A stretch of 48,617 bases of DNA from contig CAIRQL010000098.1 of assembly GCA_903880675.1 (NCBI GenBank), positions 1 through 48,617 on the forward strand, read 5' to 3'. Positions 18,330 to 28,483 of the stretch are shown here, one piece after another; positions within the stretch are counted from its first letter, which is position 1, and each line of letters opens with the position of its first letter. The DNA is from an uncultured Holophagaceae bacterium (GTDB taxonomy: Bacteria > Acidobacteriota > Holophagae > Holophagales > Holophagaceae). The notes under the pieces were generated by a model that saw nothing but the letters and a program-made list of their open reading frames with translations, had not been told where the DNA came from and did no database searches. A program made the position numbers and the translations under genes.

Positions 18330-20230
18330 TTGTCCAGCTGGACGTTGACGGCGCTGTCGTTGATGTAGATCCCGCTCAGGTGGCCCCAGAAGCTGCTAAG
18401 GCCGGGGCGCAGGCGCCCCTGCCGGTCCAGGGACTGGAGCTCAGCAGAGAGAAGCTTCTGCGCCTCCCCGGACTGCACTTCCTGGATGAGGGTGCGGCGG
18501 GTCTCGAAGGCCAGGGCTGGCGCGGCCTCGCGAGAGGCGATGCGGGCCACCCAGAGCTTGCCGTCCTGGGTCCACTGGAAAGGCGTGGTCTGACCCACGG
18601 CGGTCTCCAGCAGGGCCTTCCGGATGCCCGGGTGGGAGGCCAGGTCGCGCAGCCCTGCGATGGGCGCAGCGGCCTGATCGGTGACGGGACCCACGGCCTG
18701 GAGGCCGCCGGACTTCAGGGCCGTCTGGGCCTTGGCGAGGGCCTGCTTGCGGGCCTCCTCCAGGCGGTAGGCGGCCAGCACCTTGGCGCGGATTTCCTTG
18801 AAGGGCGGGACGGCCTCGGGGAGCTGTTCCTGCACACGGAAGAGCAGGTGGCGATCACCAATGGCGAGGGGCTTGGAGACCTCGCCCACCTTGAGGCGGA
18901 AGGCTTCGCTGACCAGCTGGGACAGCTCCGGCAGGCCCTCGGACTGGGCGGAGGGCTCGTTGGCGAAGGGCTGGCTGAGCTTGGCGGGACTGCCGAGGTT
19001 GGTGGCGGCAGCAGCGAGGTCGCCGCCGTTGGCGCGCTTGCCGATCTGCTCCAGGCGCTCCTGGGCGCGGCTGCGGAAGCGGGTGTCCGTGATCTCCTTG
19101 GCCAGCTGGTCTTTCACGTCCTGGAAGCTGCGCTCCCGGCGACCCTCGAGCTTGATGAGGTGGATGCCGAAGGGGGTGCGCACGGGCTGGCTGATCTCGC
19201 CGTTCTTGAGGGCGGCGGTGGCGTCAGAGAACTGCTTGACCATGCGAGCCGGGGCAAACCAGCCCAGATCGCCCCCGTTGCCCTTGGCGCTGGGGTCTTC
19301 GCTGAGCTCCTCGGCGGCCTTGCCGAAGTCCTGGCCCTTGACCAGACGCTCCCGCACCAGCTTGGCCTTGCTCGTGGCCTCGGCGGCCTGGGTGTCGCCC
19401 TCGGCCTTGAACAGGATGTGGCGGGCCTTGAACTCGGTGTAGTCAGCCTTGCGGGCTTCGAAAGCGGCCTTCACGGCGGCCTCGTCAGCCTGGAGGTCCT
19501 TGCCGAAGGCGGCCCGGTCCACGGCGACGTACTGGATCACGCGGCGGGGCGGCTGCAGGAAGCGCTCACCACCGGCCTTGTGGAAGGGCTCCAGGACGGC
19601 ATCGCCGGGGTCGGCCACGGCGCCCGGGGTCACCGCCAGGGTGGCCTGCTGGAAGGCGATCTTCTCGTTCTTCAGGCGGTTCTCGATGGTCAGCCAGGCT
19701 TCGTCAATGGGTACCTGGAGGGCGGCCTGCTGGACCAGCTTGGTGCGGAGCAGCTCCTCGCGGATGCTGCGCTCCTGGACGGTGGGGTTGAAGCCCGTCT
19801 CCTGGAAGATCACCTTCAGCTCGGCGGTGGTCTTGAGGTTGCCCTTGGGGTCCAGAAGCATGGGGTACTGGCGCAGGAAGGCGCGGAGGCGGGCGCCGAC
19901 CTCCTCGTCGGTCACCACGACGTGGTGCCGCTCCGCCAGCTCCTCCATGAGGCGCTGGTTCACCAGATCCCGCAGGGCCTGGGACTGGATGTAGGGCTTC
20001 AGGGTCTCAGGGCTGGCCTGCTTCCCGTAGCGCTGGAAGAGCTCCTGCATGTGCTCGGCCAGGTCCCGCATCAGGACTTCGCGGCCGTAGACTCTCGCCA
20101 CCACTGTGTCGGAGGAGACGCCTCCGCCAGCGGGAGCCAGGTAGGCCACCAGGCCCAGCAGGACCACGACCATCACCGCCGCCATGGGCGTGCGGTTGGA
20201 TTTGAAGACTTGGCGGAAAGATCGCAGCAT
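18326..20230 (-). CDS. PpiD-like periplasmic folding chaperone (SurA N-domain + parvulin)
   Basis: N-terminal TM anchor, SurA-like helical domain, FKARHIL…SEDPSAKGNGGDLGWF…RTPFGIHLIKL parvulin domain. Confidence 0.88.
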   Translation of the reverse strand: MLRSFRQVFKSNRTPMAAVMVVVLLGLVAYLAPAGGGVSSDTVVARVYGREVLMRDLAEHMQELFQRYGKQASPETLKPYIQSQALRDLVNQRLMEELAERHHVVVTDEEVGARLRAFLRQYPMLLDPKGNLKTTAELKVIFQETGFNPTVQERSIREELLRTKLVQQAALQVPIDEAWLTIENRLKNEKIAFQQATLAVTPGAVADPGDAVLEPFHKAGGERFLQPPRRVIQYVAVDRAAFGKDLQADEAAVKAAFEARKADYTEFKARHILFKAEGDTQAAEATSKAKLVRERLVKGQDFGKAAEELSEDPSAKGNGGDLGWFAPARMVKQFSDATAALKNGEISQPVRTPFGIHLIKLEGRRERSFQDVKDQLAKEITDTRFRSRAQERLEQIGKRANGGDLAAAATNLGSPAKLSQPFANEPSAQSEGLPELSQLVSEAFRLKVGEVSKPLAIGDRHLLFRVQEQLPEAVPPFKEIRAKVLAAYRLEEARKQALAKAQTALKSGGLQAVGPVTDQAAAPIAGLRDLASHPGIRKALLETAVGQTTPFQWTQDGKLWVARIASREAAPALAFETRRTLIQEVQSGEAQKLLSAELQSLDRQGRLRPGLSSFWGHLSGIYINDSAVNVQLDN

Positions 20231-20307
20231 GCGGTACTCCGGAAGACGGACCTCACAGATTACCGCAGGAGGCTCCTTGGTTTACACTGGAATGCTGGAG
20301 AGGTGGA

Positions 20308-20811
20308 ATGACCGTCTTGCCCGTGCTTACCTGGGGGGATCCCCGCCTCAAGAAGAACAGCGAGGATGTGGGGGAGTGGACCCCGGAGCTGGAGCAGCTT
20401 GTCGCTGACATGCTGGAGACCTCCCTGTACGAGGAAGGCGTGGGCCTCGCCGCCCCCCAGGTGGGGGTGAACCTGAACCTGGCGGTCATCGACTGCTCCT
20501 GCGGTGAGGACTTCGACCAGCGCATCGTGCTGATCAACCCCGAGATCACGGCCGAAGAGGGCATCCAGACCGGCCCCGAGGGCTGCCTGTCCATCCCCGG
20601 GGTCCGGGAAGTCCTGGATCGCCCCCAGAAGGTGACGGTCCGCAACCGGGCCCGGGACGGCTCCTGGCATGAGCTGACCGGGGAGGACCTGCTGGCCCGC
20701 GCCTTCTGCCACGAGATCGACCATCTCCGGGGCCGCCTGTTCGTCGAGTACTTCGGTCCCGTGAAGCGCCAGTACCTGCAGAGGAAGTACCAGAAACAGT
20801 CCCGAGGCTAG
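20308..20811 (+). CDS. def: Peptide deformylase
   Basis: GVGLAAPQVG, EGCLSIPG, HEIDHL. Confidence 0.96.
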   Translation: MTVLPVLTWGDPRLKKNSEDVGEWTPELEQLVADMLETSLYEEGVGLAAPQVGVNLNLAVIDCSCGEDFDQRIVLINPEITAEEGIQTGPEGCLSIPGVREVLDRPQKVTVRNRARDGSWHELTGEDLLARAFCHEIDHLRGRLFVEYFGPVKRQYLQRKYQKQSRG

Positions 20812-20821
20812 GAGCCACGCC

Positions 20822-21742
20822 ATGTCCCGCATCGCGTTCCTCGGCACCCCCCAGGTGGCGGTCCCGGCCCTCCGGGCCCTGGCCACCGAGGGCATCCAGG
20901 CTGTCTTCTGCAACCCGGACCGCCCGGCGGGCCGGGGCCGCCACCTGGAGGCCCCCCCGGTGAAGGGGGCGGCACTGGAGCTCGGCCTGCCAGTGCACCA
21001 GCCCCTGCGGTGGCGCCTCCCCGAGACCCAGGAGCTCTGGGAGTCCCTCGCCATCGACCTGGCCATCGTGGTGGCCTACGGGCATATCCTTCCGGCCTGG
21101 ATGCTGGATTCCTGCCCCCTGGGGGTATGGAACCTCCACTTCTCCCTGCTGCCCCGTTGGCGGGGGGCGGCCCCGGTGAACCATGCCCTGCTGGCTGGGG
21201 ACGAAGCGACGGGCGTGAGCCTGATGCGCCTCACGCCGGGCCTGGATGAAGGTCCGGTGCTGGCGCAGTGCCAGCGGAACATCGGCCACGGGGATACGGC
21301 TGAGGATCTGCTGGCCGCCCTGGCCGTGGATGCCGCTGACCTCCTGATGGATCAGCTGCCCCTGCTGCTGAGCGGTACCGCCCGCCCCCAGGAGCAGGAC
21401 CATGCCCTGGCCACCCTCGCCCCCAAGCTAAATCGAGAGATGGGTCGCCTGGACTGGCAGCGCCCGGCAGCGGACCTCCACCGGCAGGTGCGGGCCCTCT
21501 GGCCCTGGCCTGGCACCGAGCTGCAGCTGGAGGGCCAGGCCCTCAAGGTCTGCGGCGTGGGCGCCCTGCGGACCTGCTACCGCGACCCTGGCCAGCTGCT
21601 CTGGGGCAAGGAAGGCGCCTGGCTCACCACCGGCGAAGGGGCCCTGGAGCTCACCCACCTGCAGCGGGCCGGCAAGCCCGTCCAGCCCGCCCTGCAAGCC
21701 CTCCAGCCCTGGGGCGCCAGCGGCGTCCGCAGCGTGGGGTGA
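20822..21742 (+). CDS. fmt: Methionyl-tRNA formyltransferase
   Basis: FLGTP, PDRPAGRG, VAYG, NLHFSLLPRWRGAAP, LDEGP; directly after def. Confidence 0.95.
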   Translation: MSRIAFLGTPQVAVPALRALATEGIQAVFCNPDRPAGRGRHLEAPPVKGAALELGLPVHQPLRWRLPETQELWESLAIDLAIVVAYGHILPAWMLDSCPLGVWNLHFSLLPRWRGAAPVNHALLAGDEATGVSLMRLTPGLDEGPVLAQCQRNIGHGDTAEDLLAALAVDAADLLMDQLPLLLSGTARPQEQDHALATLAPKLNREMGRLDWQRPAADLHRQVRALWPWPGTELQLEGQALKVCGVGALRTCYRDPGQLLWGKEGAWLTTGEGALELTHLQRAGKPVQPALQALQPWGASGVRSVG

Positions 21743-21769
21743 GAGCTGGTCTTCGTCCAAAAAGAACGG

Positions 21770-21788
21770 CCTTGGTGCCTTGGTGGCG
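21770..21788. repeat. Short 9-nt periodic intergenic repeat (CCTTGGTGC CTTGGTGGC)
   Basis: Seen between convergent fmt and the TPR gene. Confidence 0.5.
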
Positions 21789-21835
21789 ATTTTTTGTCTT
21801 CCCTTGATCACTGTTTGCTTTGACGCTGGGCGTTG

Positions 21836-24559
21836 CTAAGCCAGGCGGGCGGCGACGTCTCGGTAGTCGGGGTCCAGGTCGTGGACGGCCTGGAACGCTT
21901 CCGTCGCCAGGTCCCCGTGACCCTGCTGGAGGTAGACCTCGGCTAGGTCGTAGCGCAGGCCGATGCTGTCCTCTGGCGGGAACCCCGGCGCCTCGATGCC
22001 CTGGCGGAGCCAAGCCACAGCAGCGTCCAGGTCGCCCCGGGCCTGCTCGCAGATGCTGAGCATGGAACAGCACTCCAGGGTGCGCTCCGGATCCCCCATG
22101 GCCACCCGGAACTCCTCGATGGCGGGGTCGATGAGCATCATCTCCTTGTAGGCGATGCCCAGGTTGTAGTGGGTGTCGTAGTCGTCGCCCTGGACCTGCT
22201 TTTCCACGCCTTCCCGGAAGGCACTGAAGAGCTCGTCCACGCTTTGGATCTTCTCCACCACATGGGTGGCATCGTGCATCTCCTCGCCTTCGCCGGCGTC
22301 CAGAAGGGCGGTGCCCAGCACATCCGTGAGGTCGAAGAAGGAGTTGGCGAAATCCGCTTCCTGGAGGGCGTCCTCCCGGTCGGCGTGGCCCAGCTTTTCC
22401 AGGGCGGCACCCGCCCGCTCCATGCGGGCCACCAGGTCCGGCTGGCCCGGGAACTGCAGGAGAGCTGCCTGGATCTCGAGCTTGGCCTCTTCGGGGCTCC
22501 CGTAGTCGAGCTGGAAGTCGATGTCCCCCAGGAGGCCCTCCACTTCGGCGGGGTCAGCCAGGGCCGGCGGCGGTGCTGGGGGGGCCTCCGGCGTCGGCGG
22601 TTCGGCGGCCACCGGGGATTCCGGGATGGATTCGGGCTCGGGCGGCAGCTCGATGACGGGCTCTGGCTCTTGTTCTTGCTCTGGTTCGGGGAGGGCGTTC
22701 AGGGCCTCGATGGTCTCTGGCGCCAAGTGCTGGGTGGGCATCGGCGGCAGGGGGGCGGTGAGCAGGGACGGGGGCAGGGCCGCATCCGGGGCGGGCTCCT
22801 GGGGCATGGTGTCCAGCCAGTCCAGGGGCTCCGGCGGCAGGGCAAAGAGGTCCGGGATGTCCACGTCCACATCCGGGTCCGGCAGCAGGGGCAGCTCTTC
22901 TCGGAAGGGGAGGGAGGTCTGGGACGGCGGCTCCAGGGTCGGCACCGGCTCGTGGAAGGGCGAACCCTGGGTGGGCAGCATGGCCCCGAAAGATGGGGAC
23001 TGTGCTGGTGACCCCCCAGCTTCCGGCAGGCCGAGGGTCCGGCGGTGGATGCGGGTCGACCCCGGGAACAGCAGGTCAGCCTGGTCCAGCAGGTGGGACG
23101 CCTCCAGCTTTTTCCCCGCCTGGGCGAGGGCCTGGGCGCTCTGCACGTACTGCATCTGCACCTGGGTGAGGCGGCCCGTGGAGCGGTGCACGGTGGCGAT
23201 GGCCTCGATGATGGTGAGGTCCTCCGGGTCCAGTTCCAGGGCCCTTCGGTAGGTCTCCACCGCCCGCTCGGGGCTGCCGCCGCGCATCAGGGCCTCCGCC
23301 TCGCGGGAGATCTGATCGATCCGCATGCGCCGGAGCGGATCCACCTCGGTACCCACGCCGTGGCGAATGATGTCGGGTGCACCCACCCGGTCAAAGCCTG
23401 GGGCGCCGGGAGGACGGGGTGCCGCAATCCCCGCGTTCGGGACCACCCCCATACCCTCCAGCTGGGTTCCCAGGCGGTCTGCCAGGGCGGCATCCCCCTC
23501 CTGGCTGGCCAGCCCGAAGGCATTCTGCAGGGCGTGCACCTGCTCCATGCGATTGCCGCTCTGGTGGGCGAGCTCCGCCAGGAGGATCCAGGCTTCGGTC
23601 CCCAGGGCATCCTTCAGGGCCGACCGCAAGCAGTGGGCGACGGTGTCCCCGCCGCCGCGGCGGGCCAGCTCCCGGGCGATGGGGGCGAAGAGCCGGAGGC
23701 CTTCCTCGGCCCGGTCAGCCTGCGCCAGGTTCCGGAGGGCCTTTTCGCACAGAGGCAGGGACTTCTCCGGCAGCTGCGCCACCTGGGCCAGGGCCTCCAG
23801 GGCCCGCTCGGGATGGCCGCTGCGCAGCTCGATCTCCGCCAGGGCCTCCAGCAGCTCGGGGTCCCGGGGGTTGGCTTCCAAGCCCTCCCGCAGGTGGAGG
23901 GCTGCTGCCCCGTAGTCGCCCTGGATCACCCCCAGCCGGCTCTGGGTGAGGAAGACCTGGGGCGTGGAGATCATCTCCTTGGCCCGCTCGAGGATCTGGC
24001 CGGCCTCCACCGGCATCTGCTCCATGGCCAGGGACTCGGCCACCTCCAGGTAGATCCCGGCGGCGCGGTCCTTGAGGCCCTCCTTGTTGTAGAGGTCGGC
24101 CAGGCGCACCTTCATCTTCAGGTTCTTGGGATCCAGGTCGACGACCTTGTTGAACTCCTCCAGGGCCCGCTTGATGAGCCCCTTCTTCTGGAAGTGCTCG
24201 GCCACCTGCAGATGGACCCGGACAGCGTCGGCTGGGCGGTTCATCTGGCGGTAGAGATCGGCCAGGCGCTGGGCGGCGTCCAGGTCCTCCGGGGCGTTCC
24301 GCACCACCTTCTGGAATATGGCTGCGGCGCGGGCATGGAACCCATCCCGCTCGTAGGCGGAGGCCAGCCGCTTGTGGATCTCGACCCCCTCCTTCACGCG
24401 GCCGATCTGGACGCAGAGGTCGCCCACCTGGTTCTGGGTGTTGAAGTCCCGGGGGCTGTCCTCCACGAGTTTCTGGAACTCCTCGATGGCCCGCTCGATC
24501 TTGCCCGCCGTCAGAAGCCGGTCGGCCTCTTTCTTTACTCTGACGCGATCAATGGCCAT
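21836..24559 (-). CDS. Large TPR protein, SgmX-like architecture
   Basis: N-terminal TPR array, Pro/Glu-rich linker, SFFDL motif, C-terminal TPRs starting DTHYNLGIAYKEM and ending DPDYRDVAARL; no signal peptide. Confidence 0.8.
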   Translation of the reverse strand: MAIDRVRVKKEADRLLTAGKIERAIEEFQKLVEDSPRDFNTQNQVGDLCVQIGRVKEGVEIHKRLASAYERDGFHARAAAIFQKVVRNAPEDLDAAQRLADLYRQMNRPADAVRVHLQVAEHFQKKGLIKRALEEFNKVVDLDPKNLKMKVRLADLYNKEGLKDRAAGIYLEVAESLAMEQMPVEAGQILERAKEMISTPQVFLTQSRLGVIQGDYGAAALHLREGLEANPRDPELLEALAEIELRSGHPERALEALAQVAQLPEKSLPLCEKALRNLAQADRAEEGLRLFAPIARELARRGGGDTVAHCLRSALKDALGTEAWILLAELAHQSGNRMEQVHALQNAFGLASQEGDAALADRLGTQLEGMGVVPNAGIAAPRPPGAPGFDRVGAPDIIRHGVGTEVDPLRRMRIDQISREAEALMRGGSPERAVETYRRALELDPEDLTIIEAIATVHRSTGRLTQVQMQYVQSAQALAQAGKKLEASHLLDQADLLFPGSTRIHRRTLGLPEAGGSPAQSPSFGAMLPTQGSPFHEPVPTLEPPSQTSLPFREELPLLPDPDVDVDIPDLFALPPEPLDWLDTMPQEPAPDAALPPSLLTAPLPPMPTQHLAPETIEALNALPEPEQEQEPEPVIELPPEPESIPESPVAAEPPTPEAPPAPPPALADPAEVEGLLGDIDFQLDYGSPEEAKLEIQAALLQFPGQPDLVARMERAGAALEKLGHADREDALQEADFANSFFDLTDVLGTALLDAGEGEEMHDATHVVEKIQSVDELFSAFREGVEKQVQGDDYDTHYNLGIAYKEMMLIDPAIEEFRVAMGDPERTLECCSMLSICEQARGDLDAAVAWLRQGIEAPGFPPEDSIGLRYDLAEVYLQQGHGDLATEAFQAVHDLDPDYRDVAARLA

Positions 24560-24619
24560 TCGGCAGCCTCGGGTGTCTGGCAGGGGTTCGGCAAGTGTAG
24601 GCGGGGCCTTCGGGTCTGG

Positions 24620-25036
24620 CTACCGGAAGTGCCCGCCGGTGAAGCTGTGAGGGAGCAGATCCTCGATTCGGTGCAGGGTTCGGGTCCGATGGTTGGCCAG
24701 CAGGACCGGCAGGGTCCCGGCGAATTCCACCAGGGCCTGGCGGCAGGCTCCGCAGGGTGGGGTCAGCTCAGCCACGTCGGTCACCACCACGGCGGCTAGC
24801 AGGCCGCCTGGGGCCAGGCCCGCTGCCACGGCGGCGCTGAGGGCACCCCGCTCGGCACAGAGGGTGACGGGGTAGGCGGCATTCTCGACATTGCACCCGG
24901 CGAAGATCTCGCCGGTGGCCGTCAGGAGGGCGGCGCCTACCTGGAAGTGGCTGTAGGGCGCATGGGCATGGCCCCGGGCCCGCCAGGCGGCCTCGAGCAG
25001 GGGGGTCCAGTCCGGGGACTGGGGATCGTCGAACAC
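24620..25036 (-). CDS. cdd: Cytidine deaminase (homotetrameric type)
   Basis: APYSHFQVGAA, GCNVENAAY, CAER, PCGACRQ; GGAGG RBS before GTG. Confidence 0.95.
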   Translation of the reverse strand: MFDDPQSPDWTPLLEAAWRARGHAHAPYSHFQVGAALLTATGEIFAGCNVENAAYPVTLCAERGALSAAVAAGLAPGGLLAAVVVTDVAELTPPCGACRQALVEFAGTLPVLLANHRTRTLHRIEDLLPHSFTGGHFR

Positions 25037-25057
25037 GGAAGCCTCCAGACCTTTAGC

Positions 25058-25996
25058 TTATCGGAGGTTGGGCGCCGGGTCTGATTCCCGGCCCCTTTCG
25101 GCCTGGGCCAGGGCCAGGGCCCGCCAGCAAGCCGGTGCTCCCTGCACCGCCCGGAGGCCTCCGGCCCCTGCCAGCTCCAGGCTGACCTCCCGCCGCTGGA
25201 TGCGGGCCTGGAGCACCGCCCCGGACAGGCGCTCCAGCTCGCCCTCGAAGGCTGGTCCCGGGTTCCAGGCCCCCAGGTCCAGCCGCAGCTCCAGGCCCAC
25301 CGGGCGGTCCTCGTCGAAGGTGCGGACCCAGGGCTGGCCCCGCTGGGCGGTGCGCTTCCAGTGCATGCGCCCCGGGGGATCCCCCCGCCGGAGGGGGCGG
25401 GCCCCCAGGGGGGCGCCCGTGCCCTCCCGGTGCTGGGGCCGGCGGCCCTCCCCTCGCCAGGCGCCGGGCCGGACCGAGCCCATGCGGGGGTGGGGGAGCA
25501 CCAGGAGGGGCTGGTCCAGCGGGATAAAGCGGGACTTCTCGACCATGCCGAAAGGGAAGCGGGTGCGCAGCTCCAGGGAGCGGAGGGTGAGCCAGCCCCG
25601 GTGGCCGGGCCGGGCCTGGAGGACCACCGTGGCGTCACCCTCTGGGCCAGCGGCGCCGAGGAAGCCAGGCTCCACCGGGGTGTCCTCCAGGTCCAGGTGC
25701 AGCTCCAGGCCCCGGAGTCGGCCCCCCCCGCCGTCCCGCAGGCGTAAGCGCAGGCCGCCGCGGGAGCGGGCGAACAGGCTGCCCTCCACCACCTCCACCA
25801 CCTGCAGACCCTGCAGGGCCCTCCGGCTGAGGATGCCGGAGACCAGGAACAGGCCCAGCATGATGGAGAAGACCAGGTAGAGCAGGTTGTTCCCTGTGTT
25901 CACCGAGAAGGCCCCCACCGCCAGCAGCGCCAGCAGGTACTGGAGGCCCAGGCCCGTGAGGGACAGCCGCAGGCGTCGGTCGTTCCAGAGCCGCAT
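25058..25996 (-). CDS. DUF58 family membrane-anchored protein
   Basis: Start ATG 25996 (MRLWNDRR); NTGNNLLYL, TRFPFG, GDPPGRMHWKRTAQRG. Confidence 0.82.
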   Translation of the reverse strand: MRLWNDRRLRLSLTGLGLQYLLALLAVGAFSVNTGNNLLYLVFSIMLGLFLVSGILSRRALQGLQVVEVVEGSLFARSRGGLRLRLRDGGGGRLRGLELHLDLEDTPVEPGFLGAAGPEGDATVVLQARPGHRGWLTLRSLELRTRFPFGMVEKSRFIPLDQPLLVLPHPRMGSVRPGAWRGEGRRPQHREGTGAPLGARPLRRGDPPGRMHWKRTAQRGQPWVRTFDEDRPVGLELRLDLGAWNPGPAFEGELERLSGAVLQARIQRREVSLELAGAGGLRAVQGAPACWRALALAQAERGRESDPAPNLR

Positions 25997-26122
25997 GGCC
26001 GCATCGCTCCGAGGGGGGTTTCGGGACAGGACAGGAGAGCCGAAGGGTAGCAGGAGCCGCCCCGGGGCCGTCCGGGGACCCCGGCCCCTCCTGCTAGGAT
26101 GGACCTTCTTCCCAAGGCCGCC

Positions 26123-27691
26123 ATGCTCACCCGACTCTTCCGCACCAAGTCCCTGGAGCAGCTTCAGGCCAGCGCCGAGGAGCCCGAGCACCAGCTGAAG
26201 AAGGGCCTGGGGGTCTTCGACCTCACCATGTTCGGCATCGGGGCCATCATTGGCGCCGGCATCTTCAGCTCCATCGGCACCGCCGCCGCCGGCAACGCTG
26301 CGGATGGCCGCCTGCCCGCCGGGCCCGCCCTGGTCATCAGCATCCTCGTGGTGGCTCTCATCTGCGGCTTCACGGCCCTGGCCTATGCCGAGATGGCCTC
26401 CATGATCCCGGTGTCGGGCAGCGCCTACACCTATGCCTACGCCACCCTCGGTGAGCTCATGGCCTGGATCATCGGCTGGGACCTGCTGCTGGAATACGCC
26501 ATCTCCAACGTGGCGGTGGCCATCTCCTGGGGCGACTACGCCCGAAGCTTTCTGTCCACTGTGTTCCATGTGGACATTCCAGGTTGGCTGGGCATGGACC
26601 TGCGCGGTGCCATGAAGCTGGTGCAGGGGGTTCCGGCCATGGACCTCGGCGCCAAGGTGCAGGCCCTGGCCCAGGCCAAGGCGGGTCTCATCAATGGCGC
26701 CACGGTCTTCGCCAACTGGGACGTGGTGAAGGCCGCCCCCACACTGGGTGGCTACCCCGTCACCATCAACCTGCTGGCGGTGGTCATCACCGGGCTGATC
26801 ACCTGGCTCTGCTACATCGGCATCAAGGAGAGCGCCCGGGTCAACAGCGTCATGGTGATCATCAAGGTCATGATCCTGCTGGCAGTGGTAGGGCTGGGCG
26901 TCCGCTTCATCCAGCCCGCCAACTGGCATCCCTTTGTGCCCCACGGCTGGCCCGGCATCCAGTCCGGCGCCGCCATCATCTTCTTCGCCTTCATCGGGTT
27001 CGACGCCGTCAGCACCACCGCCGAGGAGTGCCGGAATCCCGGGCGGGACCTGCCCCGGGGCATCCTCTGGTCCCTGGTGATCTGCACAGTGATCTACGCG
27101 GCCGTGGCCCTGGTGGTGACCGGGATGCTCCACTACACCCGCCTGGGTGGCATCGCGGATCCCCTGGCCTACATCTTCACCGAGCACAAGATGGGCGGCA
27201 TCGCGGCGGTCATCAGCTTTGGCGCTGTCATCGCCACCACCGCGGCGCTGCTGGTCTATCAGGTGGGTCAGCCGCGCATCTTCATGAGCATGAGCCGGGA
27301 CGGCCTCCTCGCGCCCTGGTTCGGCAAGGTCCACCCCCGCTTCCAGACACCCTCCCATGCCACCCTGCTGACCGGGCTGCTGGTGGCTGTCCCCGCCGCC
27401 CTGCTCAACATCGACGAGGTGGTGGAGCTGGCCAACATCGGCACCCTCTTCGCTTTCGTGATCGTCTGTGCCGCCGTGCTGATTCTGCGCTACCGCCGAC
27501 CCGAGGCCCCCCGGAAGTTCGTGATGCCCTTCGCCTGGGTCATCGCCCCCCTCGCCATCCTGGGCTGCTTCTGGATCGCCCGGGGCCTGCCCGCGGTCAC
27601 CTGGTATCGCTTCTTTGCCTGGCTGGGCCTCGGCTTGCTGGTCTACGCCTTCTACGGGGCGCGGAAGAGCCGGCTGAGCGCAACCCCTTAA
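26123..27691 (+). CDS. Amino acid permease (APC superfamily, CAT/YfnA-like)
   Basis: GIGAIIGAGIF, PVSGSAYTYAY, FFAFIGFDAVST, GTLFAF; start ATG 26123 (or 26099). Confidence 0.92.
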   Translation: MLTRLFRTKSLEQLQASAEEPEHQLKKGLGVFDLTMFGIGAIIGAGIFSSIGTAAAGNAADGRLPAGPALVISILVVALICGFTALAYAEMASMIPVSGSAYTYAYATLGELMAWIIGWDLLLEYAISNVAVAISWGDYARSFLSTVFHVDIPGWLGMDLRGAMKLVQGVPAMDLGAKVQALAQAKAGLINGATVFANWDVVKAAPTLGGYPVTINLLAVVITGLITWLCYIGIKESARVNSVMVIIKVMILLAVVGLGVRFIQPANWHPFVPHGWPGIQSGAAIIFFAFIGFDAVSTTAEECRNPGRDLPRGILWSLVICTVIYAAVALVVTGMLHYTRLGGIADPLAYIFTEHKMGGIAAVISFGAVIATTAALLVYQVGQPRIFMSMSRDGLLAPWFGKVHPRFQTPSHATLLTGLLVAVPAALLNIDEVVELANIGTLFAFVIVCAAVLILRYRRPEAPRKFVMPFAWVIAPLAILGCFWIARGLPAVTWYRFFAWLGLGLLVYAFYGARKSRLSATP

Positions 27692-27741
27692 GGCAATCGT
27701 GCACATGCTTGGAACAGGGAAGACCGCCTGTCTTTCTTTGC

Positions 27742-27812
27742 ATCCCCTTCATCCCCTGTATCCCTGTTGACCTGTTTTTGTTTTTCACAGGGATGAAGGG
27801 GATGAAGGGGAT
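27742..27812. repeat. Palindromic element built of 9-nt units (copy 1)
   Basis: Left arm ATCCCCTTCATCCCCTGTATCCCTGT (27742-27767) pairs 24/26 with right arm ACAGGGATGAAGGGGATGAAGGGGAT (27787-27812). Confidence 0.85.
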
Positions 27813-27829
27813 TGCCGTAAGATCTGCTC

Positions 27830-28465
27830 ATGTTTACCGGACTCATCAGACACCTGGGAACCCTGGAAGCTCGCACTGCCCGGTCTGGCGGCGCGCGCCT
27901 GCGCATCGCTGCCCCGGCGGACCTCCTGGCCCGCGCCGAGCTGGGCTCCAGCATCGCCGTGAGCGGTACCTGCCTCACCAGCGTGGCGGTGGACGGACGG
28001 GCCTGGGAGGCGGACCTCAGCGAAGAGACCCTTGCCAAGACCACCCTGGGCCGCCTCTCCCTGGGCGCCACGCTGCACCTGGAGCCCGCCTTGCGGGTGG
28101 GCGACCCCCTGGATGGGCACCTGGTGTCAGGCCATGTGGACGGCGTGGGCCGCCTGCTGGAGCGCCCCACGGGCGAGGGCCTCTGGCGCTTCGCCATGCC
28201 CGCGGACCTGGCTCCCATGACCGCGCCGAAGGGCTCCCTCGCCCTGGACGGCATCTCCCTGACCGTGGTGGACTGCGGCCCCGACTGGTTCACCGTGGCC
28301 CTCATCCCGGAGACCGTCACCCACACGGCACTGAAGACCATGCGCCCCGGTGACCCCGTAAACCTGGAGGCCGATCCCATCGGCCGCTTCGTGGCCCGGG
28401 CCCTGGCCCTGCGCAGCACCGACGAAAAACTGACCCGCTTCGCCCAGGGTGGCTGGGGGCACTAG
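27830..28465 (+). CDS. Riboflavin synthase (alpha chain; ribC/ribE depending on nomenclature)
   Basis: MFTGLI N-terminus, GSSIAVSGTCLT, GHLVSGHVDG, KGSLALDGISLT, VNLEAD. Confidence 0.95.
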   Translation: MFTGLIRHLGTLEARTARSGGARLRIAAPADLLARAELGSSIAVSGTCLTSVAVDGRAWEADLSEETLAKTTLGRLSLGATLHLEPALRVGDPLDGHLVSGHVDGVGRLLERPTGEGLWRFAMPADLAPMTAPKGSLALDGISLTVVDCGPDWFTVALIPETVTHTALKTMRPGDPVNLEADPIGRFVARALALRSTDEKLTRFAQGGWGH

Positions 28466-28483
28466 GCTGGAAATCTAAACGCC

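Noticed and set aside
25997-27706. Upstream part of the 882-aa minus-strand ORF
   Set aside because: Antisense to the amino-acid permease; the DUF58 protein begins at 25996.
27692-27829. Possible FMN riboswitch upstream of riboflavin synthase
   Set aside because: No RFN conserved segments seen; the space is filled by the palindromic repeat and the gene looks leaderless.
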